Part shown: positions 30,580-40,129 of the stretch, piece after piece
Position numbering within the stretch: the stretch's first letter is position 1
How the letters are laid out: every line of letters starts with the position of its first letter
Origin: a virus
Reading direction: 5' to 3' (one strand)
Length of the DNA: 64,000 nucleotides
Virus record (IMG/VR): IMGVR_UViG_3300036945_000641
Span: 1 to 64,000 of that record
Notes under the pieces: model-generated
Database searches by the model: none
Told to the model about the DNA's origin: nothing
What the model saw: only the letters and a program-made list of their open reading frames with translations
Position numbers and translations under genes: made by a program

Positions 30580-31074
30580 ATGATAGATCCAATAACCGCA
30601 CTTGCGGGCATACAATCAGCAGTTGCTTTAATCAAAAAAGTATCAAAAACTGTTGATGATGTTGCTAGTCTAGGACCTGTTCTAGGTAAATATTTTGACG
30701 CTAAAAGTACTGCTACCAAAGCAGCAGTAGAAGCAAAAAATAGTAGCAAAAAATCTAATATGGCAACTGCCATTGAAATTGAACTGGCTCTACACCAAGC
30801 AGAGCAGTTTGAGCGAGAACTACAAATGTTGTTTATGACAACAGGTAAAATTGACGTATGGAATAAAATTAAACAACGTTCAGCTGCAATGGATATTGAA
30901 GCTGCTCATGATGCGCGACGTACTAAAGCAGCAAACCAAAAGAAAAAAGAACAGCAACAAGAACAACTAGAGTGGGCTTTGGGCATAGTTTTTATTGTAT
31001 TTTGTGTGTGGGGTCTTGGATTCGTTACCTATGAATTTATTGAGTACTGTCAGCAAGCAAGATGTGGTAAATGA
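30580..31074 (+). CDS. MDP-type coiled-coil protein with C-terminal TM
   Basis: Start moved to MIDPITALA; N-terminal amphipathic helix and C-terminal TM. Confidence 0.6.
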   Translation: MIDPITALAGIQSAVALIKKVSKTVDDVASLGPVLGKYFDAKSTATKAAVEAKNSSKKSNMATAIEIELALHQAEQFERELQMLFMTTGKIDVWNKIKQRSAAMDIEAAHDARRTKAANQKKKEQQQEQLEWALGIVFIVFCVWGLGFVTYEFIEYCQQARCGK

Positions 31075-31109
31075 ATAAATTATTAACTTACTGTTAGGAA
31101 AAATTGTTT

Positions 31110-31640
31110 ATGACAGAACAAAAACCTTTATCACGTAGCGAACGTGAAGCACAATTAAAAGACAAATCTGGATTTGTAATTGTAATTTTTGCAATTATGC
31201 TTGCACTAACCAACTACTTTAGTAGTGGTAATAGTTCGAAGATTTTAACTAATACTATTGAAATTAATAATACTTACAGCTTTTATCAAGCCAAAGATAT
31301 TAAACAGCGTTTAGATAAAATGTCTTTGGAAAATGCCAAAGACGCAAATAAAATTGCCGAATTAAAACAAAATATAGCTCGTTATACATCAGAACCAGAA
31401 ACTGGCGAAGGCAAAAAGGAACTATTAGCAAAAGCTAAAAAACTTGAAGCCGATCGTGCACAAGCTAGACTACATAGTAGTTGGTATACTTATACTAGTA
31501 TGATGTATCAGATAGCTATTGTGTTCTTAACAGCAGCTATTTTAGCGGTAAATAAAAAGTTTTATACAAGTTCACTAGTAGTAGGAATTTTAGCAACTGT
31601 AATGCTAACACAAGCACTTTGGTTGTGGATGCCTCTTTAA
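31110..31640 (+). CDS. DUF4337-like membrane protein
   Basis: N-terminal TM, FYQAKDIKQ motif, two C-terminal TMs. Confidence 0.65.
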   Translation: MTEQKPLSRSEREAQLKDKSGFVIVIFAIMLALTNYFSSGNSSKILTNTIEINNTYSFYQAKDIKQRLDKMSLENAKDANKIAELKQNIARYTSEPETGEGKKELLAKAKKLEADRAQARLHSSWYTYTSMMYQIAIVFLTAAILAVNKKFYTSSLVVGILATVMLTQALWLWMPL

Positions 31641-31649
31641 GGAGGTAAT

Positions 31650-32432
31650 ATGGATCCGTTAACCCTCTTTGCCCTGGCTAATGGGGCAGTATCAGCAGTA
31701 AAAGCTGGATGTAAGCTTTATAAAGATATAAAAGGTGCTGCTGGAGAGGTTAAGGATGTATTAAAAGACTTAGACGATCAGTTTAAGAAACTACACCCTC
31801 CAGATAAACCTGCCTCAATAGAGCAACGTAATCAATTTGTAACTGAAAAGAATCGTGTAATTGAGCTTAATAAAAAAGCAAACGCAGGAGAGTACACAGG
31901 TGTTTACCAAGAAATCGGTGAACACTTGGGTGTTTACTATGACAACTTATATAAATGCTTGGCTGTTTTTGAAGAAGAAGAACGTCGTGCAAAAAAAGAA
32001 GTATATACGGGTGACGCCAGTTTAGGTAAACGCGCACTACAACGTGTGCTAATGCGCAAGCAGTTAGAACAAATGAGTGTTGACTTACGCGAACTAATGA
32101 TCTATCAAAGTCCTCCTGAATTAGGTGCGCTATACACAGAAGTTGAAGCCATGATGCAAATTATGGGCAAAGAACAACGTGTGCTTGTTGCCAAACAAAT
32201 GCAATCAGAGGCTGCTGAACAGTTTAGAAAGAAACAGCGCAGGGACAAATTGTACATTGAAATAGCGCTTGGTATAAGTGCACTAGCACTTTGTGCCGCA
32301 CTTGGTTTAAGCTTTGCGCTAGTAGTTGAAGATCGAATCCGTAAATACCCTCAATACGGCACTAATTGGATACCCAGAACTGAAGAGCAACGTAAAAAAG
32401 ATTCTGAACCACACGTATACGTGGGCAGATAG
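31650..32432 (+). CDS. MDP-type coiled-coil protein with C-terminal TM (resembles 30580 gene)
   Basis: MDPLTLFALANGAVSAVK start; GGAGG RBS. Confidence 0.6.
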   Translation: MDPLTLFALANGAVSAVKAGCKLYKDIKGAAGEVKDVLKDLDDQFKKLHPPDKPASIEQRNQFVTEKNRVIELNKKANAGEYTGVYQEIGEHLGVYYDNLYKCLAVFEEEERRAKKEVYTGDASLGKRALQRVLMRKQLEQMSVDLRELMIYQSPPELGALYTEVEAMMQIMGKEQRVLVAKQMQSEAAEQFRKKQRRDKLYIEIALGISALALCAALGLSFALVVEDRIRKYPQYGTNWIPRTEEQRKKDSEPHVYVGR

Positions 32433-32444
32433 ACAAGGAATTTT

Positions 32445-32882
32445 ATGGCAGAAGAAATTAAAGTGTTATCTGCTAGTGAGCAAAAGAAAGAAGATTGGAT
32501 GAATTCAAAGTGGCGACCCATGATGGGTTGGCTATACATGGCTACTTGCACCTTTGATTTTGTTATTTTTCCTATTTTATGGAGCTTACTACAAGCAGTA
32601 ACACACGCTACACAAATTACACAGTGGCAACCACTAACATTGCAAGGTGCTGGTTTATACCATATTGCAATGGGTGCTGTGCTAGGACTTGCAGCGTTTG
32701 GTCGTACACAAGAAAAATTAGCTGGAGCTAACAACGGCGGAGCAAAATCAGAAGTTATTACTGTTACACCAACGCCTAAAATAGTTCAAGAACCTCAATT
32801 TCAACCCACAGTGCAACAACCACAGATCGTAATGATTAACGGTAAACCTGCACCTCAACCAGCCTACCAGCCGGAGATTTAA
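32445..32882 (+). CDS. 3TM-type holin family protein
   Basis: WRPMMGWLY...WQPLTL...GAVLG..AFGRTQEK motif. Confidence 0.7.
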   Translation: MAEEIKVLSASEQKKEDWMNSKWRPMMGWLYMATCTFDFVIFPILWSLLQAVTHATQITQWQPLTLQGAGLYHIAMGAVLGLAAFGRTQEKLAGANNGGAKSEVITVTPTPKIVQEPQFQPTVQQPQIVMINGKPAPQPAYQPEI

Positions 32883-33082
32883 TGAAAAGTTTATTTTATT
32901 CACTTTGCGTAGTACTAGGAGTTACATTCTTAGCATACAACAATCCCGCATTTGCTGAAGCACAAACTAAAAAAGTATGTGTTGAGCAAAAAGACGCCAA
33001 AACAGGCAAAACCAAAGAAGTTTGTAAAGAAGTCAAGCAACACAAAAAGCTTGAAGGCACTAAAGTTCCAGAAAAGAAGTAA
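32882..33082 (+). CDS. Small secreted Lys-rich protein
   Basis: Signal peptide ending in AFA, then KKVC...EVC Cys pair. Confidence 0.6.
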   Translation: MKSLFYSLCVVLGVTFLAYNNPAFAEAQTKKVCVEQKDAKTGKTKEVCKEVKQHKKLEGTKVPEKK

Positions 33083-33141
33083 TATAAAAGTGGCTAGCCA
33101 CTGTAGTGTTGCTAGCTGTTCACTAACTAACAGGGTCAGTT

Positions 33142-33831
33142 ATGGCAAATTCATCAGGAAAAAAAGCTCGCAGAGCGCAGCCTCAATCAGAACCAACTCC
33201 AGTTGAGTATGGATTTAAAGAAGTTAAACCATTAAACTATATTCAAGGTGAGTACTTAGAGGCTATTAAATACAATGATATTATATTTGGTATTGGATCT
33301 GCAGGTACAGGAAAAACGTTTGTTGCAGCAAGTTATGCAGCCAGCGAGTTATTCCACAGACGAATTCAAAAGATTATTTTAACAAGACCCAACGTAGAAA
33401 CAGGCCGAGGCTTAGGATTCTTGCCAGGTGAGCTAGAGGAGAAGTACGCTCCTTACCTAGATCCATTTGACCAAGTATTTAAACGCACGCTTGGCGCAGG
33501 CTTCTACGAATATGCACTAAAAACAAAAACTATTGAACCAAAACCGCTAGGATTTATGCGCGGTGCCTCATTTGAGAACTCAATTATCCTAGTCGATGAA
33601 GTTCAAAACATGACTAAAACTGAGTTTAAAATGTTATTATCACGTATTGGTAAAAACTGCAAGGTAATTCTAAGCGGTGACCCTGACCAAGCAGACATTA
33701 GTGATAGTGGACTACAGGACGCAGTTAACAGACTAGACGGTATTAGTGGAATTGAAATAGTTGAATTCCTAGACGAAGACATTGTTCGTAGTAAGATGTG
33801 TAAAGCAGTTATTATGGCTTATAGAAATTAA
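33142..33831 (+). CDS. phoH: PhoH-family ATPase
   Basis: GSAGTGKT Walker A, LGFLPG, FMRG, DEVQN and GDPDQ motifs. Confidence 0.95.
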   Translation: MANSSGKKARRAQPQSEPTPVEYGFKEVKPLNYIQGEYLEAIKYNDIIFGIGSAGTGKTFVAASYAASELFHRRIQKIILTRPNVETGRGLGFLPGELEEKYAPYLDPFDQVFKRTLGAGFYEYALKTKTIEPKPLGFMRGASFENSIILVDEVQNMTKTEFKMLLSRIGKNCKVILSGDPDQADISDSGLQDAVNRLDGISGIEIVEFLDEDIVRSKMCKAVIMAYRN

Positions 33832-33842
33832 AGGTAAACAGT

Positions 33843-34223
33843 ATGGCGGAAACATACACTCCCACAGAAGGCATGGCTACTGCCGCTAAACGAGCTTTAA
33901 AGTGGCGTGAAGAAGGTCGTCCAGGTGGTACACTAGTAGGACTAGCGCGAGCTAACCAACTAAAAGATCGTGACCCACTTACAGCAACAACAGTACTACG
34001 AATGTACAGCTTTTTTAGCCGACATGAAGTAGACAAAAAAGCCACTGGTTTTAACAGTGGTGAAGAAGGTTTTCCAAGCAAGGGGCGAGTAGCTTGGGAT
34101 TTATGGGGCGGAGATGGTGGCTATTCATGGAGCACTGCAAAACGCAACACAATCATGCGTGAGCGTGATGACTCAAAAGCCATTGAATTTGCAGCATTAT
34201 TTCTTTCAAGTTCAGACGGTTAA
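33843..34223 (+). CDS. Conserved phage hypothetical protein
   Basis: GTLVGLARANQL...RMYSFFSRH...AWDLWGGD motif. Confidence 0.6.
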   Translation: MAETYTPTEGMATAAKRALKWREEGRPGGTLVGLARANQLKDRDPLTATTVLRMYSFFSRHEVDKKATGFNSGEEGFPSKGRVAWDLWGGDGGYSWSTAKRNTIMRERDDSKAIEFAALFLSSSDG

Positions 34224-34225
34224 AG

Positions 34226-34262
34226 AAAAAGCCCCTATAGAGCAATCTATAGGGGCTTTTTT
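34226..34262. terminator. Bidirectional terminator at the strand switch
   Basis: AAAAAGCCCCTATAG/CTATAGGGGCTTTTTT between convergent genes. Confidence 0.9.
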
Positions 34263-34269
34263 GTTTTGC

Positions 34270-34890
34270 TTAAGTTAAACCCACAATTACAATGTGTGCA
34301 GAAACAGCACTAGCGCCGCCTGCATCAGGTGTAATTGTTAAAGCAACAGGATTTCCTGCTGGGTTGCGTAAGGTTAAAATAGAGTTTGCTGCATTAGTTG
34401 TAATTATTACTGTTCCAACAATTTGTGTTGTTCCAGTAGCACGACCACTAACAGTATAGGCTACCTCGACACCATTTAGTGTTAATACAAGCTGACCTGG
34501 TTCGTCTACACTAACTTGAAATTGTACTAAGTAGGAACCAACTGTTGTTAGATTAAAAGAACTTGGTGTCACCCGAGCAATGGTTGTAGCAGAATTAGGT
34601 CCGTCCACAGGAAATTGTACATCAGCGCCAGGTGCAACTGTTGCTGCATTATCGGGCGGCATTATTGCAACAAAGTCTGCAAAATTTGATGTACTAACAG
34701 GACCCGGCGGTCCCGCTGGACCAGGTATTCCTTGGGGTCCGGCAGGTCCAGGTGGTCCGGCAGGTCCAGGCAATCCACCTATAGTACTGTTTATAAATAA
34801 GTCACAGTCGTCAATAATTGGAACAGTGGGTATAAACGGACCCATAGGCCAACCAAAAGGTATATTCTGTTGCTGTTGTTGTAGTATCAT
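34270..34890 (-). CDS. Collagen-like protein with BclA/C1q-like C-terminal domain
   Basis: About nine G-X-Y triplets, then a beta-rich domain with G.YLV.FQVSV..PGQL.L.LNG; AGGAG RBS. Confidence 0.7.
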   Translation of the reverse strand: MILQQQQQNIPFGWPMGPFIPTVPIIDDCDLFINSTIGGLPGPAGPPGPAGPQGIPGPAGPPGPVSTSNFADFVAIMPPDNAATVAPGADVQFPVDGPNSATTIARVTPSSFNLTTVGSYLVQFQVSVDEPGQLVLTLNGVEVAYTVSGRATGTTQIVGTVIITTNAANSILTLRNPAGNPVALTITPDAGGASAVSAHIVIVGLT

Positions 34891-34906
34891 AACTACTCCT
34901 TAAAAT

Positions 34907-34940
34907 AAAAAAGCCCCCTCGGCTCGTGACTGAGAGGGCT
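34907..34940 (-). terminator. Rho-independent terminator
   Basis: AGCCCTCTC...GAGGGGGCT followed by a T run on the minus strand. Confidence 0.7.
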
Positions 34941-34956
34941 CAAAATACACAGAATA

Positions 34957-35895
34957 TTAACGAATATTAGTGTTTGTGTTAGTTGGAGTAGAGGTTTGTG
35001 TACCTGAACCAACATTGATAGCGGCATTGCTATTTTGGATGTTTTGACCTAGCGACCAGATCAAGTTGGCCAATTGACCATATTGAGCCTGTTGTTGCTG
35101 TTGTTGTTGCATCTGATTGATGTTGTTAGTTGTAGTAACTTCAACACCGCGAGCTGCGGAACCCGCATAATCACGACTACGTAATTCAATGATTGCTGCA
35201 TTAGCATCACTTAATTGACGTTGCAAGTTAATTTCGTATTGCTGTGTAATCAATGCACGAGTTTTGTCGCCATCATTGTTTACTGCTGCCTGTGTAGCAT
35301 TAGCAGTTGTTAATATTTGGGTATTAACACCATTTAATTGTTGCATTAAAACAACTGCATTACCATTAACTACATCTTTAACGCCTTCAATTCGAGTAGC
35401 TAAACTTCCAGTTGTAGCATTAAATTGGTTAGTAAGACCAATAGTTTGGTTTGCTTGTGAAGCTTCCATTGCAGCTGTTGAAACAGCAACTGCTTTGTCA
35501 ACTTGAACAATAGCGTTCATTAGGCTCATGTCAGCCAAACCTTGGTTAGTTACTCCGCCAGCAACAACTGCTCCGCCGTCGCCTTCACCACCAAAAAGAC
35601 CACCACGACCGCCTTGACGCAATAGCGAGCCTAAGATTAATCCACCGATTAATCCACCGCCACCGCCACCGCCAAATAGTCCGTCACCGCCTCCGCCGCC
35701 GCCCATACCCATAATCATACCGGGTGTCATTACTTCTGCCATATCTGTATCCTTTAGTTTTGTGATCTGCGTCATAACTTTGCTATAATAGTTATTAGCC
35801 TGATCTAGTTTGTCTTGAAGCGCACCCATAGTAAATGCAACCTGTTCCTGTGAAGGGGTAGGTACACTACCGGGAGCGCCAATCTCGTCAGCCAT
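34957..35895 (-). CDS. Gly-rich/Gln-rich coiled-coil protein
   Basis: Poly-Gly around the hydrophobic GLIGGLILGSLL segment, DGDKTRALI motif, poly-Q and Asn-rich tail. Confidence 0.7.
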   Translation of the reverse strand: MADEIGAPGSVPTPSQEQVAFTMGALQDKLDQANNYYSKVMTQITKLKDTDMAEVMTPGMIMGMGGGGGGDGLFGGGGGGGLIGGLILGSLLRQGGRGGLFGGEGDGGAVVAGGVTNQGLADMSLMNAIVQVDKAVAVSTAAMEASQANQTIGLTNQFNATTGSLATRIEGVKDVVNGNAVVLMQQLNGVNTQILTTANATQAAVNNDGDKTRALITQQYEINLQRQLSDANAAIIELRSRDYAGSAARGVEVTTTNNINQMQQQQQQQAQYGQLANLIWSLGQNIQNSNAAINVGSGTQTSTPTNTNTNIR

Positions 35896-35965
35896 AATCA
35901 ATTTTCCTGAGTTGATTTGATAAAGCGCATCATACGCAGTTCATAAAATCTCATGAACTAAGTTT

Positions 35966-35993
35966 ATTATACACTCTTTTTAACAAATTACAA
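35966..35993 (-). promoter_or_regulatory. Possible sigma70 promoter
   Basis: TTGTAA-N16-TATAAT. Confidence 0.5.
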
Positions 35994-36046
35994 CGCTGTT
36001 TAGATCCTTGCAGCAAAACAGAATGACGCTGAAATAAGCCATAAAC

Positions 36047-36083
36047 AAAAAAGCCCTCTAGTATTTCTACTAGAGGGCTTTTT
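36047..36083 (-). terminator. Rho-independent terminator
   Basis: AAAAAAGCCCTCTAGTA/TACTAGAGGGCTTTTT hairpin. Confidence 0.85.
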
Positions 36084-36097
36084 GTATTGCGGTTTAA

Positions 36098-36277
36098 TTA
36101 CTGCGGGGCAACTTCTTGAGGAGCAGCTTCTTGCTTGGGTAATTGTGCTTCAGCTTGTTCACGAATCTTTTGTGACAGTGGATTTGCAATCTTTGCTGGC
36201 AATTCTTGTAGGCCAGCTAAAACGCAGTTAATTTCGTCAACAGAAAGGTCGTTTAATGTGAATTTAATATCGTTCAT
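36098..36277 (-). CDS. Hypothetical protein, 59 aa (not in the ORF track)
   Basis: MNDIKFTLNDLSVDEINCVLAGLQELPAKIANPL...; lies between nrdJ and the terminator. Confidence 0.7.
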   Translation of the reverse strand: MNDIKFTLNDLSVDEINCVLAGLQELPAKIANPLSQKIREQAEAQLPKQEAAPQEVAPQ

Positions 36278-36299
36278 GTTTTATTTATAATAAAAGGGG

Positions 36300-38264
36300 T
36301 TATTTAATTGGGCAAGCGCCCGTGGCACACTCAGCATCCAGAATCTCGTCGAAGCTGTTGGTGTTGTTTAAGTCGACTTCACTCAATACTTTTACATATT
36401 CGTTGTAGTCTTCTTCGGTTACGACTTCTTGTGGAAGATACAAGTAACCTAAGTCTTTTGCAGTTTTAGTAGGGTCTGTGCGATAGATAAAACTAACGCC
36501 TACATAACAATCCCAGTTATCTAGTAACCAGTCAATAATAGCAGGTACTTCGCTAGGATCATAACTAATTGTTACCGAGGTATTCTGCTGATTCCAAGAT
36601 GTTTGTAGGAGTTTGTATCGCTCTAGCTGAATAACAGCTGATTCAATATTAACTTCTTTTCCTGCAACTTCATCAAAAGGAACATCGTCCCAACGTACTG
36701 GAAATGTAACTAGCACTCCCGAATCATCAACAGGATGATTCATAACACGATAGTTGGCTTGACGTAGTTTTTCAACTACTGGGTCATGCTTACTAAACTG
36801 TACATTGTTGAAAATATACTTACCTAGTGGCTTATGAACACCTTCTGTGGTATCCATAATTTTACTCAATGTTCCCGACGGCTTAATACAAGTTACATTT
36901 TTAGGAGCAGGTAGACCAAGTTCTTGGCTCATACCAATAGCTGCACCAGTTGCTGTACGCTTTAAGTATTCGTAGTCATAGCTTCCCATGTCAGGACGCA
37001 TTGCAATACCTGTTAAGCCTACTCCGCATAAACGCAAGAAGTAGTTGTTTAAGTGCCATGACTCTTGCAGGATACCATCTTGTAAGTTAACGCAAGTTTG
37101 GCGATAGTTAGCACGAGCAGCAAGTCGAATAGCTGTGTGTAAGCCAGCAGTATCACCTTTGAACTTAGCAATATCAGTTTCTGTTAAGTTACAGAATGAC
37201 TTGTTGCCTAGTAAGATTTCTACACAAGGATTAGCACCTTTAAACCAAGGAGCGCGACGGATAGCTTCTACTTCGTTGATAAAACCTGGCTCACTGCCAC
37301 CTGCTTTAATCATCATACCAAAGATTTTTTCTAAGTCTGATCGTAGTGGGGTTTCTTTAAACACCAAGCTATTGTTAGACTGTGTGCGGTGTGCATTGTT
37401 ATGCAACCACCAATCTTTCTTTGCTACAGCAAACTCTTCCCACTCTGGTTGACCGTAATCGAAAAGTGCGATTTCAGCACTGCGACGACTGGATAAAATA
37501 GTGCCAAGATGGTTAACAATGTCAAGAATATCCATCCTAGTAAGTAAACTGTCAGCACGACCATTAAGTATATTGGCAATAGCAACATAAGCAGTGCTAA
37601 TTGCGCTATCACCTGAACTAATCCAGCCATATCCTTTTAACCTTTCACCTGCGGGGCGTAATTGACTAAAATCCAATACAAGAGTATCAGCAGGGTACTT
37701 ACCCGCAAGCAACTTTCCAATAGACTTTGCCCAAGCTTCTGCACTGTCTCCAACCTGAATAGTCCAAGTTTTAGTTGCTTCTTCCCAATATTCAACATTT
37801 TCCTCATTACCACCTTTTGCTGTACGTGTGCTACGAACTACTCGGATATTTTTAATTGGCTTTGAAAAACCATTTAGTGTACCAACAATTGGCTTGAATC
37901 CAACTCCGCAACCTTGTAGTAGCAACCATAAGACGTCAACTACATCATAGATTGTTTCAACGTGTGTAAAGCTACAGTTAAACTGTGAAGCCTCACGTGT
38001 TTTAGCTACATCTGTACCGCCTAGCCAAAGTGTGCGTCCGCTCATGGACACCTTGCGATCAAGCATTAGCTGCTCTAGGTCGTATAGTTCTGCGTATTCT
38101 TGGTCGTTTAAATCACGACCTACTGCTCGCTCCCATAACCACTGTTGGTGGTCAATTACTCGGGCAACTGTTTCTTGCCATGTTTCAAATTGTTTTCCGT
38201 CGTCTGAAGTTGGTCTATTGTATGTTCGACGTGTAATTACTTGTGCTCGTGTGCTGACTGCCAT
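36300..38264 (-). CDS. nrdJ: Class II (B12-dependent) ribonucleotide reductase
   Basis: RRTYNR, FNC, NPCVEI, CNL, KPSGTLS motifs and a C-terminal CATGACP; no beta-subunit gene nearby. Start moved to MAVSTR (AAGGA RBS). Confidence 0.9.
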   Translation of the reverse strand: MAVSTRAQVITRRTYNRPTSDDGKQFETWQETVARVIDHQQWLWERAVGRDLNDQEYAELYDLEQLMLDRKVSMSGRTLWLGGTDVAKTREASQFNCSFTHVETIYDVVDVLWLLLQGCGVGFKPIVGTLNGFSKPIKNIRVVRSTRTAKGGNEENVEYWEEATKTWTIQVGDSAEAWAKSIGKLLAGKYPADTLVLDFSQLRPAGERLKGYGWISSGDSAISTAYVAIANILNGRADSLLTRMDILDIVNHLGTILSSRRSAEIALFDYGQPEWEEFAVAKKDWWLHNNAHRTQSNNSLVFKETPLRSDLEKIFGMMIKAGGSEPGFINEVEAIRRAPWFKGANPCVEILLGNKSFCNLTETDIAKFKGDTAGLHTAIRLAARANYRQTCVNLQDGILQESWHLNNYFLRLCGVGLTGIAMRPDMGSYDYEYLKRTATGAAIGMSQELGLPAPKNVTCIKPSGTLSKIMDTTEGVHKPLGKYIFNNVQFSKHDPVVEKLRQANYRVMNHPVDDSGVLVTFPVRWDDVPFDEVAGKEVNIESAVIQLERYKLLQTSWNQQNTSVTISYDPSEVPAIIDWLLDNWDCYVGVSFIYRTDPTKTAKDLGYLYLPQEVVTEEDYNEYVKVLSEVDLNNTNSFDEILDAECATGACPIK

Positions 38265-38272
38265 GATTTCCT

Positions 38273-38776
38273 TTATGTGCCGGTACTGCCAAATCCGCCA
38301 GTACCGCGTTCTGTGTCGTTCCAAATATCTACAAATTCAGGCAGCAAAACTGGCATTAGTACCAGTTGAGCAATTCGGTCGCCGCGTGAGATTTTATAAG
38401 GGTCTTCTGAAATATTTTTTAACAGGACTTTGATTTCTCCACGATAGCCGCTGTCAATAACGCCTACGCTGTGAGGGATAGTAATTCCCTTTTTTCCTTG
38501 AGAGCTTCTGTTAAAAACAAAGCCTGCGTAGCCCTCTGGAATTTTTGTCGCTACTCCTGTACCAACAAGTTTTTGTTCGCCAGGATAGATTTCTAAATCT
38601 TCAATGCTCATTAAATCTGCACCAGCATCAGTGGGGTTAGCACGACGTGGTAGTGATTCCTTATCTTCTACAAGGCAAGGGATTGCTTGTTTAATTGCAC
38701 GATCGGTGTTGTAATCGTAGTTTCGGTTAATATTAAAGTATACTCCGTCACTGGTAATTCTCATTTTTTCGTTCAT
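38273..38776 (-). CDS. dut: dUTPase
   Basis: AGADL, RSS, GVIDSGYRGEI, GDRIAQL and RGTGGFGSTG motifs. Confidence 0.95.
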   Translation of the reverse strand: MNEKMRITSDGVYFNINRNYDYNTDRAIKQAIPCLVEDKESLPRRANPTDAGADLMSIEDLEIYPGEQKLVGTGVATKIPEGYAGFVFNRSSQGKKGITIPHSVGVIDSGYRGEIKVLLKNISEDPYKISRGDRIAQLVLMPVLLPEFVDIWNDTERGTGGFGSTGT

Positions 38777-39618
38777 TTTAAATAAATTTCTAGGGTTTCG
38801 TCAATTTGTTTGCAGTTTTCAACACCAATAGCATCTTCACTGTATGTAACTAAGTCCATTAGTTGGTAGTTTAGCATTAGTTGATCTTTACACTGGTTTA
38901 GTGCTTCAATGTATTTATACTTACCACTAATTGGAATACTCGCAATAATATCATAAGTACTGCCATATTCATTAACAAGTCCCACGGCTCGCTTAGGTCC
39001 AATGCCAGGCACCCCAGCAACATTATCACCACTATCGCCTGTAAGACATTTAATACTAATGTAGTCTTCGGGTTCAAAATCATAGTGACTATTCCAGTTG
39101 TCAGCCGTGACTTCTTTTCTTGTAACATAGCTAAATCTTGAAATATTGGGTTGTACAAGCAAATCCCAGTCTCGATCTGAACTGATTAGCCAAACTGAGT
39201 CTACGGGTAGCTTTGATTTTTGTTTTACAATGTAGGCGGCAATATCGTCAGCTTCTACACCCTGAAACTTAATAACTGGATAATCAGTATTTTCTTTGAT
39301 ATATTCCAATGTCTTTTGAAATTCTTCAAAGAACAATTCAAACGCTGCTTTTTCAGCATCAGTTTGAGTCTCAAACTTGTCCTTACGATTTTGTTTGTAT
39401 TCTGGATATATTGCTTTGCGATAGCTGGAACTGCCTTGGTCACAGGCCAAGATTACTTTTTTAGCTTTGTAACTTTTCTTTAGGCTGTCAATTGTGCGTA
39501 CATAGTCTAGTGCAAAATCTGTTGCGCCTGAATGTTTGTATCGAAATGCAAGATTAAGAGCGTCTACTACCATTAAGGTATTATCAGGCTCAGATACTTG
39601 TTGAAAACTTTTGCTCAT
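38773..39618 (-). CDS. 5'-3' exonuclease/flap endonuclease (T5 D15-like)
   Basis: YKQNR, EADD, SSDRD and GDSGDNVAGVPGIGPK motifs. Confidence 0.93.
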   Translation of the reverse strand: MSKSFQQVSEPDNTLMVVDALNLAFRYKHSGATDFALDYVRTIDSLKKSYKAKKVILACDQGSSSYRKAIYPEYKQNRKDKFETQTDAEKAAFELFFEEFQKTLEYIKENTDYPVIKFQGVEADDIAAYIVKQKSKLPVDSVWLISSDRDWDLLVQPNISRFSYVTRKEVTADNWNSHYDFEPEDYISIKCLTGDSGDNVAGVPGIGPKRAVGLVNEYGSTYDIIASIPISGKYKYIEALNQCKDQLMLNYQLMDLVTYSEDAIGVENCKQIDETLEIYLK

Positions 39619-39649
39619 TTTTAGTGTTATCTTTGTGGTGTAATTGTAT

Positions 39650-39678
39650 ATTATACCCTAAATTGCACTACTTGTCAA
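39650..39678 (-). promoter_or_regulatory. Sigma70 promoter
   Basis: TTGACA-N17-TATAAT on the minus strand. Confidence 0.9.
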
Positions 39679-40127
39679 GTTACAAATTTGGGTTGCTCGT
39701 GTGTTAACCAATCTTCGAGAAGAGCTACGTAAAACTCATGATCGTCAATGGATAAGAATAGGTATCTGTAGTTGGCTGTGGGCATTTCTAAAAATGCAAC
39801 AAATATCTTTGATCTGTCAAATTTAAATGCTAACAGCGGTTTTTTGTTTACTTGTAAGCCTTGACGCACTGATTGTTTCCAAAACTCAATTAACTGTGGG
39901 TTTTTGCCCGTTAATAGTGCACTGGAAATATGGTCTTCTGCATAACCTTTTACTTCTACTGCATATAGATTAGTTCTGCCAGGCACATATAAATCTGCCT
40001 TTAGCTGATGTTTAGGGTCAAGGGCCCCTGAACCAGGAACCCTTTCCCAACCTAATCCCGTATGTTTTTTAAGAGCATCACGTACTACAGTTTCAGTGCG
40101 AGCACCTTTTGCTCTGCTGTCTACCAT
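39675..40127 (-). CDS. Holliday junction resolvase-like endonuclease (T5 D14-like)
   Basis: SRAKGAR.E, RVPGSGA and D...EVK PD-(D/E)xK motifs. Confidence 0.85.
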   Translation of the reverse strand: MVDSRAKGARTETVVRDALKKHTGLGWERVPGSGALDPKHQLKADLYVPGRTNLYAVEVKGYAEDHISSALLTGKNPQLIEFWKQSVRQGLQVNKKPLLAFKFDRSKIFVAFLEMPTANYRYLFLSIDDHEFYVALLEDWLTHEQPKFVT

Positions 40128-40129
40128 TG

